A stretch of 64,000 bases of DNA from an uncultured Spiribacter sp. (lineage in GTDB: Bacteria > Pseudomonadota > Gammaproteobacteria > Nitrococcales > Nitrococcaceae): the NCBI GenBank assembly GCA_913056145.1, contig CAJXMI010000001.1:813-64812 (forward strand), in the 5' to 3' direction. The translations under genes were made by a program, and so were the position numbers. Below the pieces are notes generated by a model that saw only the letters and a list, made by a program, of their open reading frames with translations, searched no databases and was not told the DNA's origin. Positions 1-10,217 of the stretch are shown here, piece after piece (the first letter of the stretch is position 1; each line of letters opens with the position of its first letter).

Positions 1-1210
1 CCTCCTCGGCCTTGCGCTCGCGAATGGCGCGAATGGCCTGTTCGCGGGCGATTTCCTCGCTGGCATCGCGCTCGCGGCGCTCAAGCACCTCGGCGATGTG
101 CCAGCCGGCCGCGGAGCGGAATGGCTCGCTCAGCGTGCCTGCGGGCAGCTCACTCACCGCCGCACGGAAGCCCTCGGGCAGGCTGCCCGTGCTGACCCAG
201 CCAAGATCGCCGCCGCTGGTGGCACTGTTGGCATCGTCGGAGTTGGCCCGCGCCAGTTCGGCAAAGTCCGCACCCCGCATCAGGCGGTTTCGGAGGGACT
301 CGAGGCGCAGACGGGCATCCTCGGCGGTCACCACCTCGTTGGTCTGGATGAGGATATGGCGGATCTTTGCCTGCTCGATCAGGCGTGCATCGGGATCCCG
401 GATCTCGCTGACGCGATAGATCTGGAAGCCGGCCGGCGTACGCAGCGGAGCGGTGTATTGGCCGGCATCAAGCGCGCGAATGGCATCGGCCGCGGCGGCA
501 GGCAGTTCGGCGCTGGCGCGCCAGCCAATCGCGCCGCCCTCGAGCGCGTTCCGGGCGTCGGAAACGGCCGCGGCCACGCGGGCGAACGACTCGCCGTTAT
601 CAAGCCGGGCAGCGACGGCGCGCGCCTCTTCGCGAGCCGCTTCAATGGCATCCGCCGAGGCGGCCTCGGGGATGCTGACCAGGATCTGCCCCAGTCGGTA
701 TTCGCGGTTCTGGCCCTGGTTGCGTGCCAGAAACTGCTCGATCTCCTGGTCGGTGACATCCACCCGCCGCTGCATTTCCTGCTCGCGCAGCCGGCTCAGC
801 ACGATCTCGCGCCGGATCTGTTCGCGAAAGCCGGCCATGTCGAGGCCCTGCGCGAGCAGGGCATCCCGCAGGCCGGCCAGGCTGAGTCGATTGTTATCGG
901 CAATCCGGCGCACGGCCCGGTCCAGCGTGGCCGAATCCACCCGGATGCCCCGCTGCTCGGCGACGTTGAGCTGCAGGGTCTGCATGATGAGCCGCTCAAG
1001 CACCTGGCGGCGCAGTTCCGGGTCGGGTGGTATGCGCACATTGCGCTGCTGGAGCTCAAGGCGAACCGAGGCAAGCTCGGCCTCGAGCTCGGAGGCAAGC
1101 ACCACATCGTCATTGACCAGGGCAACGATGCGCTCGAGTGGCACTTCATCGGCGCTGGCCGTGGCGAGAGTCCATGTAAGAAGGAGTGAGGCGATCAGGG
1201 TTCGGATCAT
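1..1210 (-). CDS. surA: Periplasmic chaperone/peptidyl-prolyl isomerase SurA (3' end outside window)
   Basis: Not in the ORF track because it has no stop in the window. Read manually from ATG at 1210: MIRTLIASLLLTWTLATASADEVPLERIVALVNDDVVLASELE..., a signal peptide plus SurA N-domain motif; lies directly downstream of lptD. Confidence 0.9.
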   Translation of the reverse strand, partial: MIRTLIASLLLTWTLATASADEVPLERIVALVNDDVVLASELEAELASVRLELQQRNVRIPPDPELRRQVLERLIMQTLQLNVAEQRGIRVDSATLDRAVRRIADNNRLSLAGLRDALLAQGLDMAGFREQIRREIVLSRLREQEMQRRVDVTDQEIEQFLARNQGQNREYRLGQILVSIPEAASADAIEAAREEARAVAARLDNGESFARVAAAVSDARNALEGGAIGWRASAELPAAAADAIRALDAGQYTAPLRTPAGFQIYRVSEIRDPDARLIEQAKIRHILIQTNEVVTAEDARLRLESLRNRLMRGADFAELARANSDDANSATSGGDLGWVSTGSLPEGFRAAVSELPAGTLSEPFRSAAGWHIAEVLERRERDASEEIAREQAIRAIRERKAEE

Positions 1211-1215
1211 GGGTG

Positions 1216-3486
1216 TTAGCGCCCCGGGTTGTAACCGTCAATTTCTGTATCGAGGAATCCCTGGATTCTATCACCGATGCCGCCCAGCCCGCGGAGCTCG
1301 ATCTCGAGCATGATCTCGCGCTCGAGCTCGGCGGCATCCAGACTGGCGTTGCGCTGCAGGGTCTCGCGGCTGACCAGTCGCAGGGCATGGCAGCATCCGC
1401 TTTGCTGGATGCCCAGAAAGCGTTCGCGGGTCTCGCTGGCCTCGAGATCCTCGACCAGGCCGGCAAACACGCGCCAGCCCCGGGCAACCGGCAGGGTGAG
1501 GGAGGTGCTTGCCTGCTCGAGCGTGCTCTCGCCGTCCACCTCGCGCTGGCGCAGGGCCAGGTTGACCAGTGTGTCATTGGCGCCGCGCCAGCCGGCTTCG
1601 GCCAGCAGGCTGGTGTTGCCGCTGTTCTCCGGATCCCAGCGGTAGTCGGCCCGGGCCGAGAAGCCGGCCGGCAGTGACAGGCGCAGCTCGGTAATGACAT
1701 CGGAGCGGTCGCGCTCGGTCTCGCCGGCCGGTGCAACGCTCCGGTCCTGGGTGTAGAACACCTGCCCGGCCGAGGCGCGCAGGTATTCGCGGCCGCTGAC
1801 CGAGTCGATGAAGCGGCTTGTCACTCCCAGCGTGACGCGCTCGCCATCCTCGATGCGGTCAACGCCGGTAAAGCCGTTCTCGCGAAACATCGAGCTGTAG
1901 GTGAGCGTGGGCGCACTGCTGTCGAAATCGGGCAGGTCGGCCTGGTCGCGGCTGGGCGCGCGGCGGTAGAACAGACGCGGCTCGAGAGTCTGGTAGACGC
2001 CCTCGAAGAGTGTGCTTGGACGCTCGAGAAACACCCCGGCATCCAGGCTGTAGATTGGCATGCTGCGATCGGGCGTTGAGCTGTCGCCCGGCAGATCACC
2101 CGTGAGGTCGTACTCGGTATAGCGCCAGCTCACGGCGGGTTCAATGAAATAGCCAAGCCGTCGCCAGGGCAGGGACAAGCGGGGGGCAAGGTCGGTGCGC
2201 CGGCCCTGGGTGCGTGCGGCATCGGGATGCGTGAACTCCACGGTCTCGGCGGCAACCGACCAGCGCAGCGGTCCGGCCCCGGCGAGCGGCGAATAGTCAA
2301 GCTGCAGCCGGGGCTCGCGGGCCAGCGGCTGACTGCTCTCGGTGGCGTCGGGGTCGACCCGTTGCCAATACTGGGTGTCGATCGAGACGCTGAACGGGCC
2401 GTCGTCCCAGCTCAGCCGGGCATCGCTTTCGAGGAAGCGTGCCGAGCGGTAGTTGAATTCATCGCCAAAGTCATCGCTGTACGACGGATCGCTGGTGCGC
2501 TGCTGGTGCAGCTCACCGCGCAGGGCGTCGCCGATGCGGAGCTGGTGTTCCTGGTCGAGCGCCCAGCGATCGTCGCCATAGCGATCATCATCGGGGAGGT
2601 AGCTCACCTTGACATCACCCTCGAGCCAGCGCTCGAGGTAGCGGAACTCGACATCGGTGAGAAGCCCGCGCTTCCAGTACGAGGTGGGTGTGATCGTGGC
2701 GTCGTAGTTGGGCGCGATGTTCCAGTACCACGGCAGCGAAACCGTGGTGCCGTTGTTGGTGGACTGGCCGATGGTGGGTGCCAGAAAGCCGCTCAGCCGT
2801 TCGTCGCCCACCGGAAACTGCAGATAGGGTGCATAGAACACGGGCAGATCGTGGATTGAGAGCACCGCATTCCAGGCCCGCCCCTGGCGGCTCGTATTGT
2901 CGATCGTGGCGGTCGTGGCGCTCAGCTGCCAGACCTCCGCGCCGGGCATGCAGGTGCTGAGGGTAACGCCGCGATAGCGACTGAGGCTGGCGTCCTGGCG
3001 GATGATGGTCTCCGCCGAGCCCTGCAGGTGTCCGGCGGCGATACGGTAGTCGCGTACGCCCTCGAAGCGGCCACGATTGTCATCCAGCCAGTAGCTTGCC
3101 CGGCGTCCTTCAATTAACAGACCGGTCTCGCGCAGCCGAGCCCCCTGTTCGATAACCACCTGGCCACTGCCGGTGTCGTAGCTGAGCTGCTCGCCGCTCA
3201 GCGTCTGATCGGCGCGGGTAAGGGTGGCGTTGCCCCGGAACTGGTACATCGGCGGGTTTCCGCGCATTTCGCCCTGATCGGCGCGGATGCGTATGCCGGT
3301 GCCCGAGGCATCCCGGGCGCCCGGCTGCGCCGCGATGGGCGGCAGCAGGGGCGCGCCACAGAGGGCCCAGCGGTCCTCGGTTTGGGTGGCGGCGGGCGGC
3401 GCGGCCAGCAGTGCCGCCAGCGCGATGGCCGAGGTAATCGGGCGACGATGGGCAGAAATGACGCTGACTCCGTAATTGCGCACCAA
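1216..3486 (-). CDS. lptD: LPS-assembly outer membrane protein LptD
   Basis: 756 aa; motifs STC..PG..W, PYLQFP..ERLSGFLAP, PWYWNIAPNYDAT, QTLEPRLFY, C-terminal IELRGLG; start codon uncertain. Confidence 0.95.
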   Translation of the reverse strand: MVRNYGVSVISAHRRPITSAIALAALLAAPPAATQTEDRWALCGAPLLPPIAAQPGARDASGTGIRIRADQGEMRGNPPMYQFRGNATLTRADQTLSGEQLSYDTGSGQVVIEQGARLRETGLLIEGRRASYWLDDNRGRFEGVRDYRIAAGHLQGSAETIIRQDASLSRYRGVTLSTCMPGAEVWQLSATTATIDNTSRQGRAWNAVLSIHDLPVFYAPYLQFPVGDERLSGFLAPTIGQSTNNGTTVSLPWYWNIAPNYDATITPTSYWKRGLLTDVEFRYLERWLEGDVKVSYLPDDDRYGDDRWALDQEHQLRIGDALRGELHQQRTSDPSYSDDFGDEFNYRSARFLESDARLSWDDGPFSVSIDTQYWQRVDPDATESSQPLAREPRLQLDYSPLAGAGPLRWSVAAETVEFTHPDAARTQGRRTDLAPRLSLPWRRLGYFIEPAVSWRYTEYDLTGDLPGDSSTPDRSMPIYSLDAGVFLERPSTLFEGVYQTLEPRLFYRRAPSRDQADLPDFDSSAPTLTYSSMFRENGFTGVDRIEDGERVTLGVTSRFIDSVSGREYLRASAGQVFYTQDRSVAPAGETERDRSDVITELRLSLPAGFSARADYRWDPENSGNTSLLAEAGWRGANDTLVNLALRQREVDGESTLEQASTSLTLPVARGWRVFAGLVEDLEASETRERFLGIQQSGCCHALRLVSRETLQRNASLDAAELEREIMLEIELRGLGGIGDRIQGFLDTEIDGYNPGR

Positions 3487-3543
3487 ATCGTAATGCCGGA
3501 AAGGTTACCCTATGCAGCGGCCGAGGGGCACCGGGGAGTGCGG

Positions 3544-4539
3544 ATGGGTACAACGGCAGACAAGCGACAGCACCAGGTAGCGGCCTGGCTGACCCGTCAG
3601 GGCCTGGATCCGGCCGGGCTGACACCCCTCGCCGCCGATGCCGGCACTCGGCGGTATTTTCGTCTGGCAACGCCAGATGGCCCGCGAGTCATCATGGACG
3701 CCCCGGAGCAACCCCTGGCGTGCCAGGCCTATCTGCGAATCGGCGGGTTGCTGGGGACGGCCGGTGTGCACGTCCCGGCGGTGACGGCCGCCGACCCCGA
3801 TGCCGGGGTGATGGTGCTGGAGGACCTGGGTGACAACAGCTATCTGGACGCGCTGGCGGGTGCCACTGCCACTGCCGATGCCGATGCCTTAATGGAGGCT
3901 GCGCTGGAGGCGTTGGTGCGCTTGCAGGCGGCAACCCGGCCGGATGTGCTGCCAGTTTACGACGCGGCGCGACTGCAAGCCGAGCTGGCTTTGTTTCCGG
4001 CCTGGTATGTACGCCGCCATCTGGGCGTCCAGCCTGATTCGGCCTGGATGGCCGCCTGGCAGCGCAGCTGTCGCCTTTTGGTCGCCGCGGCGCTGGAGCA
4101 GCCCCGGGTCTGGGTACACCGCGACTTCATGGCGCGCAATCTGCTGGTGGCCACGCCCAACCCCGGTGTTATCGATTTTCAGGATGCGCTGCTGGGCCCG
4201 GTCACTTACGATTTGGTCAGCCTGCTGCGGGATGCCTTTATCGACTTCCCGCCCGCCGCCGAGGCGCGCTGGTGCGCGCGCTATGCCGAATACGCGCAGG
4301 ATGCCGGCATTGCGCTGCCCGCGCAGCTTGCGGCGGCCGTCGACTGGATGGGGGCACAGCGCCACCTCAAGGTACTGGGCATATTCGCCCGGTTGCGCTA
4401 TCGCGACGGCAAGCCACGTTATCTGGCGGACGCGCCGCGTTTTCTGGCGTATCTGGAGCGTGAACTCGCGCCGTACCCGGCCCTTGCCGAGTTGCGTGAA
4501 CTGCTGGCGGCGCTGCCGCGTCCGGAGTCGGCGCAGTGA
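3544..4539 (+). CDS. amgK: Anomeric MurNAc/GlcNAc kinase (APH-like phosphotransferase)
   Basis: ADAGTRRYFR, HRDFMARNL, IDFQDA, QRHLKVLGIFARL motifs; divergent from lptD and upstream of murU. Confidence 0.9.
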   Translation: MGTTADKRQHQVAAWLTRQGLDPAGLTPLAADAGTRRYFRLATPDGPRVIMDAPEQPLACQAYLRIGGLLGTAGVHVPAVTAADPDAGVMVLEDLGDNSYLDALAGATATADADALMEAALEALVRLQAATRPDVLPVYDAARLQAELALFPAWYVRRHLGVQPDSAWMAAWQRSCRLLVAAALEQPRVWVHRDFMARNLLVATPNPGVIDFQDALLGPVTYDLVSLLRDAFIDFPPAAEARWCARYAEYAQDAGIALPAQLAAAVDWMGAQRHLKVLGIFARLRYRDGKPRYLADAPRFLAYLERELAPYPALAELRELLAALPRPESAQ

Positions 4540-5228
4540 ATGCGATGATTCTGGCGGCGGGTCGGGGCGAGCGCATGCGCCCGCTCACCGATCACTGCCC
4601 CAAGCCCCTTCTCGCCGTGGGCGGACAGACCCTGATCGGGCGGCATCTCGAGCGACTGGCTGCAGCCGGGTGCAAGCAGGTGGTGGTCAACGTGGCCTGG
4701 CTGGGTCATCGGTTACGCGAATACCTGGGCGATGGCTCGCACTGGGGGCTTCGCGTGGTGATCTCGGACGAGGGCGCGGAGGCGCTCGAGACCGCGGGTG
4801 GCATCGTCAATGCGCTGCCGCTGCTTGGCCCGCAGCCGTTCTGGGTGGTCAACGGTGATATCTGGACGGATTTCGACCTTGCCTCGTTGCCGGCCGAGCC
4901 CGAGGGCCTGGGGCATTTGGTACTGGTCGATAATCCCGCCCATCACCCCGAGGGTGACTTTCGCCTGGCGGGCGACCGCGTCGAAAACCCCAAGGGCGAG
5001 CCGGCGCTTACCTTTGCCGGGATTGCCTGCTACCGCCCCGAGCTGTTTGCCGGCCAGACGGCGGCCATTGCCCCCCTGGGTCCGGTGCTTCGGCGCGCCG
5101 CCGAGCGCAGGCAGGTGACCGGCAGCTACCACCATGGCGTCTGGTTTGACGTGGGAACACCGCGGCGCCTGGCGGCCGCCGATGTGGCGGTCAAGGGCCT
5201 CCAAGACGCTGGATCAGACGCTCACTGA
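4536..5228 (+). CDS. murU: MurNAc-alpha-1-phosphate uridylyltransferase
   Basis: [34 protein letters not shown] motifs; 4-nt overlap with amgK. Confidence 0.92.
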   Translation: MNAMILAAGRGERMRPLTDHCPKPLLAVGGQTLIGRHLERLAAAGCKQVVVNVAWLGHRLREYLGDGSHWGLRVVISDEGAEALETAGGIVNALPLLGPQPFWVVNGDIWTDFDLASLPAEPEGLGHLVLVDNPAHHPEGDFRLAGDRVENPKGEPALTFAGIACYRPELFAGQTAAIAPLGPVLRRAAERRQVTGSYHHGVWFDVGTPRRLAAADVAVKGLQDAGSDAH

Positions 5229-5811
5229 GCTCGGCCCAGGCGGTATCAAGCGATACCTCGACGCCCAGGCCGGCCAGATCGATAACCGGCATTCCGGCAT
5301 AGCCGCAGGGATTGATGCGGTTAAAGGGTGACAGGTCCATCCCGACATTCACCGCCAGCCCGTGGTAACTGCGGCCACGCCGGATCCGCAGGCCCAATGC
5401 GGCAATTTTGGCCTCACCAACGTACACGCCGGGGGCATCCGCGCGGGCTGCCGCCGCGATGCCAAGGCTTGCGAGCCAGTCCACCACGATGGCCTCGAGC
5501 AGGGACACAAGGCTGCGCGCACCAAGGCCGTGGCGGCGCAGGTCGAGCAACGGGTAGAGCACGGCCTGCCCCGGGCCGTGATAGGTGACCTGGCCGCCGC
5601 GGTCGGTGTGCACCAGCGGGATGTCGCCCGCCTCGAGTACATGGTCCTCCCGGCCCGCCTGACCCAGGGTGAATACGGGGGGGTGTTCAACCTGCCAGAT
5701 CGCATCGGCCGTATCGGCGGTTCGGGCGTCGGTATAGGCCCGCATTGCCGCCCAGACGGCTTCGTAGTCGGCCCGCCCCCAGGCGCGGAGGCGCACGGGC
5801 GGGGGGGTCAC
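5191..5811 (-). CDS. lipB: Octanoyltransferase LipB
   Basis: [36 protein letters not shown]; GTG start overlapping the ybeD stop. Confidence 0.95.
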   Translation of the reverse strand: MTPPPVRLRAWGRADYEAVWAAMRAYTDARTADTADAIWQVEHPPVFTLGQAGREDHVLEAGDIPLVHTDRGGQVTYHGPGQAVLYPLLDLRRHGLGARSLVSLLEAIVVDWLASLGIAAAARADAPGVYVGEAKIAALGLRIRRGRSYHGLAVNVGMDLSPFNRINPCGYAGMPVIDLAGLGVEVSLDTAWAELSERLIQRLGGP

Positions 5812-6083
5812 AGGGTAGCCAGGACGCCGTCGTGAGCCTTGAGATCGGCGTAGATGGCGTCGAGCTGACCGCGGCCCTCGGCCGTAATGGTGACCGTTAC
5901 CGAGACGAAGCGCCCGTGGCGGCTGTGACTGGTGCGCAGCGCATCCGCCGGGGTATCTGGCGCATGCCGGGTCACGATATGCCATACCGCATCGGCCAGC
6001 GTCCCGTTGCTGGGCCCCATTGCCTTGACCGGAAACTCGCAGGGGAAGGTCAGGCCCTCGGCCTGCTTGGTCAATTCATCCAT
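5808..6083 (-). CDS. ybeD: YbeD/DUF493 protein
   Basis: [11 protein letters not shown] and S..GRFVSVTV motifs; between dacA and lipB. Confidence 0.9.
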   Translation of the reverse strand: MDELTKQAEGLTFPCEFPVKAMGPSNGTLADAVWHIVTRHAPDTPADALRTSHSRHGRFVSVTVTITAEGRGQLDAIYADLKAHDGVLATL

Positions 6084-7231
6084 AGCAACACACTGTCGGC
6101 AATGCGGCCGAAGATGCCGGCTTCGGCAATCGTCTCGAGGGCAATGACATCACGCGTGGCAATGGTCTCGCCATCGAGTGATACGGTGATCTGGCCCAGT
6201 GCCTGCCCGGCCTCCACGGGTGCCTCGATCCGCTCGCTGAAGGTCAGGCTGGCATCGAGCCGCTCATAGGCGCGGCTGGGTATCGTCACCCGCAGATCCT
6301 CGGCCAGGCCGAGCGGCAGCTGATCGGCTTCCCCCTTCCAGATGCGCGGCGATTCAATGGCCTCGCCGCCCGCATACAGGCGATGTGTTTCGAAGAAGCG
6401 ATAGCCGTAGTTCAGCATGGCCTTGGTCTGCTGGACACGGGCAGCAGGGGTGTCGGCACCCAGAATGACCGAGATAAGCCGCATGCCATCGCGCTCGCCC
6501 GAGGTGGCCAGGCAGTAGCCGGCGGATTCGGTGTACCCCGTCTTGACGCCATCCACGCTGGGATCCTGCCAGAGCATGCGGTTGCGGTTGTATTGCTGGA
6601 TGTCATTCCAGGTAAACGAGCGCTCGGAGTAGTAGCCATAGAATGGGGGAAAGCGCTGGATCAGCGCTCGCACCAGGCGGGCCGTATCGGCCGCACTCGA
6701 GTAGTGCTCAGGGTGGGGCAGGCCCGCGGCATTGGTGTAGTGCGTGTTCACCATGCCCAGTTCGGCGGCATACTGATTCATGAGCGCGGCGAAGGTTTCC
6801 TCGGACCCGGCGATATGCTCGGCAAGCGCCACACTGGCGTCGTTGCCCGACTGCACGATCATCCCGCGCAACAGGTTCTCGACCGATACCCGGCTGCCCA
6901 CTTCGATGAACATCCGCGAGCCGGGAGCACGCCAGGCCCGCTCGCTTACTACTACCTGATCGTCGAGCGCAAGATTGCCGGATTCGAGCTCGCTGAAGAC
7001 CACAAACGCGGTCATGACCTTGGTGAGGCTGGCCGGATCGCGGCGTTCCTCGCTGGCGCGCTCCGCCAACACCTGGCCGGTGTGATGGTCGAGGAGCACG
7101 TAACTCGAGGCGCCAATGCTCGGAGGGGCGGGAATCGGCATGGGCGGGTTCTGCGCCCCTGCGCTCAGGGAGAAAAGGGCGAGCAGCAGGAAGGCGATGG
7201 CAAGGAATCTGGGCATGCTGGGCGGTCTCAT
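6071..7231 (-). CDS. dacA: D-alanyl-D-alanine carboxypeptidase (PBP5/6)
   Basis: SxxK (ASLTK), SxN (SGNDA) and KTG motifs. Confidence 0.93.
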   Translation of the reverse strand: MRPPSMPRFLAIAFLLLALFSLSAGAQNPPMPIPAPPSIGASSYVLLDHHTGQVLAERASEERRDPASLTKVMTAFVVFSELESGNLALDDQVVVSERAWRAPGSRMFIEVGSRVSVENLLRGMIVQSGNDASVALAEHIAGSEETFAALMNQYAAELGMVNTHYTNAAGLPHPEHYSSAADTARLVRALIQRFPPFYGYYSERSFTWNDIQQYNRNRMLWQDPSVDGVKTGYTESAGYCLATSGERDGMRLISVILGADTPAARVQQTKAMLNYGYRFFETHRLYAGGEAIESPRIWKGEADQLPLGLAEDLRVTIPSRAYERLDASLTFSERIEAPVEAGQALGQITVSLDGETIATRDVIALETIAEAGIFGRIADSVLLWMN

Positions 7232-8073
7232 TCGGTAACGGTGGGCTCGTCCATAATAATGACATGCCCGGTCGCAAAATTGGCAGCTCGTAAACCGGCG
7301 CTGGCAGCATCAACCGCTTCGGCGCTGGCGAGCGGGCCAAGCCGGACGCGGTGCAGGCCATCACGGCCTGCCTGAATCCGTACCGGCTGCCGGACACCGG
7401 CGCCAGTCAGACGCTCGAGAAAACGCCTTGCATTGTCGGCGTTGCCGAAGGCGGCCACCTGCAGCCAGTACTGCGGCGCGGGTTCCGGGGTATCGGCCGA
7501 GGGCGCCGGGCTGGCGCTGCCGGCCGCCACATCGCGTACCCGCGGGCGGCTGTCCCCCGGCGTCACCGTGCGGATTTCGACCGGAGCCGTGCCGGCTCCC
7601 AACATGCCAAGCTTGGCCGCTGCGGCATAGGACAGGTCGATAATGCGGTTATCAGCGAACGGGCCGCGGTCGTTTACCTTGACCACAATGCGGCGGTTGT
7701 TGCCCAGATGCCGAACCTCGACCCAGGTGGGCAGCGGCAGGTGCTTGTGCGCGGCCGTCATGGCGTACATGTCGTAGGGCTCGCCGCTTGATGTGCGCCG
7801 ACCGTGGAACTTGCTGCCATACCATGAGGCAATGCCACGCTCCTGGTGGCCGGTGGCGCTGGCCATGACCCGATAGGTCTGCCCGAAGACCTCGTAGGAG
7901 TCGGGGTTGCCGTAGCGGCTGCGCGGCGCGTCACGCGGGACGGCATCGGGGATGGCTGCCGGGTTGTCGATGACCCGGCCCGGGCCATCAGCGGGCTCGG
8001 GTAGCATGCTGGTGCAGCCGCCGAGCAGTCCCAGCAGGGCCACCAGGGCAAGGCGTTGCATGCGCCCCGTCAC
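7228..8073 (-). CDS. rlpA: Septal ring lytic transglycosylase RlpA (SPOR domain lipoprotein)
   Basis: Lipobox LGGC, GIASWYG, AAHKHLP, VNDRGPF, C-terminal SPOR (LQVAAF..HRVRLGP). Confidence 0.93.
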   Translation of the reverse strand: MTGRMQRLALVALLGLLGGCTSMLPEPADGPGRVIDNPAAIPDAVPRDAPRSRYGNPDSYEVFGQTYRVMASATGHQERGIASWYGSKFHGRRTSSGEPYDMYAMTAAHKHLPLPTWVEVRHLGNNRRIVVKVNDRGPFADNRIIDLSYAAAAKLGMLGAGTAPVEIRTVTPGDSRPRVRDVAAGSASPAPSADTPEPAPQYWLQVAAFGNADNARRFLERLTGAGVRQPVRIQAGRDGLHRVRLGPLASAEAVDAASAGLRAANFATGHVIIMDEPTVTE

Positions 8074-9077
8074 GGCATGGCCCCGTCAATGGCTCCAGCC
8101 AGTTGATGCACCGCCATGGCATAGAGGGGGCTGTGATTGTAGCGGGTAATGACATAGAAGTTGCGCAGCGTGACCCAGTGCTCGTGACGGGCGCCGGCGT
8201 CGAGCTGGAGTAGGCGGGCCTCTGCCTCGGAGGGAAGGGGCGTGTCGGGGCGAACGCCGGCAGCCGTGAGCTCGTGGACGCGATGGCGCGGCTCGAGCGA
8301 GGTGTAGCGGAAAGGCGCCGGCAGCTCGGCAGCGACCCGGGCTGGCACGGCCACGGGCGCCCCCGGTTCCCAGCCGTGGCGGGCAAAATAATTGCCTACG
8401 CTGCCAATGGCATCCGCGGTGTTGGTGAAAAGGTCGCGCTGCCCGTCGTCGTCAAAATCCACGGCATAGGCGCGATAACTGCTGCTGATGAATTGCGGTA
8501 TGCCCATCGCCCCGGCATAGGAGCCGAGCGGCTCGCGCGGGTCGAGGTTTTCCTCGGCAGCCAGCACCAGGAAGGCCTCGAGCTCGCTGCGAAAGAAGTC
8601 GGCCCGTGGCGGATAGCCGAACCCAAGCGTGCGCAGGGCATCGATAACCCGATGGCGCCCGCGGTAGCGCCCATAGAATGTCTCGACGCCGATGATGGCG
8701 GTAATGACTGCGGGTGGGACGCCGTAGCGCGCCTCCGCCGCGGCCAGGGTATCGGCATGCCGCTGCCGGAACGCCACGCCATCGCGAATGCGCGCCTCGG
8801 TCAGAAAGATTTCGCGATAACGGTGCCAGGGCAGTGCCTCGGCAGGCCGGCTGATCGCCTCGATAATGTCGGGCTGATGGCGGGCATCATCAATGAGCAG
8901 GCGCTCAATGGCCTCGCCATCAAGGTCATGCCGGGCGGCCACCGTCTGCGCGAACGCCCGGAGATCCTCACCGCGCGTGGGATCATCCGCGGCAAACGAG
9001 GTGCAGCCGGTCGTGACCAGCAGACTGACCAGGAGGAGGGCGGCAAGGCGCTTGGGGCTATGAGGTTGACTGTTCAC
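8070..9077 (-). CDS. mltB: Lytic murein transglycosylase B
   Basis: IIGVETFYG, GSYAGAMGIPQFISSSY, NFYVITRYNHS; GTG start at 9077 overlapping the rodA stop. Confidence 0.93.
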   Translation of the reverse strand: MNSQPHSPKRLAALLLVSLLVTTGCTSFAADDPTRGEDLRAFAQTVAARHDLDGEAIERLLIDDARHQPDIIEAISRPAEALPWHRYREIFLTEARIRDGVAFRQRHADTLAAAEARYGVPPAVITAIIGVETFYGRYRGRHRVIDALRTLGFGYPPRADFFRSELEAFLVLAAEENLDPREPLGSYAGAMGIPQFISSSYRAYAVDFDDDGQRDLFTNTADAIGSVGNYFARHGWEPGAPVAVPARVAAELPAPFRYTSLEPRHRVHELTAAGVRPDTPLPSEAEARLLQLDAGARHEHWVTLRNFYVITRYNHSPLYAMAVHQLAGAIDGAMP

Positions 9078-10210
9078 GCAGACCACATGCGGCGGTGGGA
9101 GTGGATGGACATGAGAATACCGAACCCCGCCAGAAGGGTCACTATTGATGAGCCGCCATAGCTGATGAGGGGCAGCGGCAGGCCCACCACCGGCAGCAAT
9201 CCGGCCACCATGCCCATGTTGACGAAGGTATAGACAAAAAACGTCAAGGCAAGCCCGCCGGCCAGCAGGCGCGAGAAGTTGTCCTGCGCCTCGCGTGCAA
9301 TCCACAGCGCTCGGGCAATAATGGCGGCATAGAGCGTGACCACCGCGATCACGCCCAGCAGGCCGAACTCCTCGGCCAGAACGGCAAAAACGAAGTCGGT
9401 ATGGCGCTCGGGAATGAATTCCAGGTGCGCCTGGGTGCCGTTGAGCCAGCCCTTGCCAAAGATTCCGCCCGAGCCGATGGCGATCTGCGCCTGGATGATG
9501 TTGTATCCCGCACCCAGCGGGTCTCGCTCGGGGTCGAGGAAGGTGAGGACGCGCTGACGCTGATAGTCCTGCATGCCAAACACCCAGAGCAGCGGGGTCG
9601 CGGCGGCCACCACGGCGCCGAGCGCCAGGATGATGCGCCAGCCAATCCCGGCCAGAAACACCACGCCGAGTCCTGCCGCCGCCACCAGCAGGGCCGTGCC
9701 CAGATCGGGCTGGAGGCCGATCATTGCAGCGGGCGCTGCAATCAGACTCAGGGCGACGATCGCCCGGCCAAATGTGATGGGCAGGGGGGCCCGCGAGAGC
9801 ATCCACGCGACCATCATGGGCAGGGCAAGCTTCATGAGCTCGGAGGGCTGAAAGCCAAAGACCCCCAGGTCCAGCCAGCGGCGGGCACCGCCGCCCGACT
9901 CGCCGGCTATGAAGACGGCTGCAAGCAACACCAGCCCGCCCGCATAGGCCCAGGGCGCAAGGGGCGCCAGCCGCCATGGGGGAACCTGGGCAAGCCCCAG
10001 CATCAGCACCAGGCCTGCGGTCAAGCGCAGCAGATGGCTTTGCACCGGATCGATGCGATTGCCGAATGCGCTGTAGAGCACGATAACGCCGATGCCCGCC
10101 AGCAATGCCAACAGCCCGAACAGGGGTGCATCAACGCGCAAAACCCGCTGCAGCAGGCTGCCGGAGGCGCGCCGCGCTGCCTCATTGACGCCATCTCGGG
10201 CCCAGTTCAC
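9074..10210 (-). CDS. rodA: Rod shape-determining protein RodA (SEDS)
   Basis: QPSELMK, QPDLGT, PERHTDFVF, LPLISYGGSS motifs. Confidence 0.96.
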   Translation of the reverse strand: MNWARDGVNEAARRASGSLLQRVLRVDAPLFGLLALLAGIGVIVLYSAFGNRIDPVQSHLLRLTAGLVLMLGLAQVPPWRLAPLAPWAYAGGLVLLAAVFIAGESGGGARRWLDLGVFGFQPSELMKLALPMMVAWMLSRAPLPITFGRAIVALSLIAAPAAMIGLQPDLGTALLVAAAGLGVVFLAGIGWRIILALGAVVAAATPLLWVFGMQDYQRQRVLTFLDPERDPLGAGYNIIQAQIAIGSGGIFGKGWLNGTQAHLEFIPERHTDFVFAVLAEEFGLLGVIAVVTLYAAIIARALWIAREAQDNFSRLLAGGLALTFFVYTFVNMGMVAGLLPVVGLPLPLISYGGSSIVTLLAGFGILMSIHSHRRMWSA

Positions 10211-10217
10211 GGCATCC

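Noticed and set aside
98-1189. 363-aa plus-strand ORF and similar long antisense ORFs (e.g. 49061-50500, 55001-56329, 62845-63969)
   Set aside because: Shadow frames opposite well-supported genes; expected from high-GC codon bias and showing no recognisable motifs
9078-9977. Apparent 300-aa N-terminal extension of MltB
   Set aside because: Overlaps rodA in another frame; the signal peptide and lipobox begin after GTG 9077
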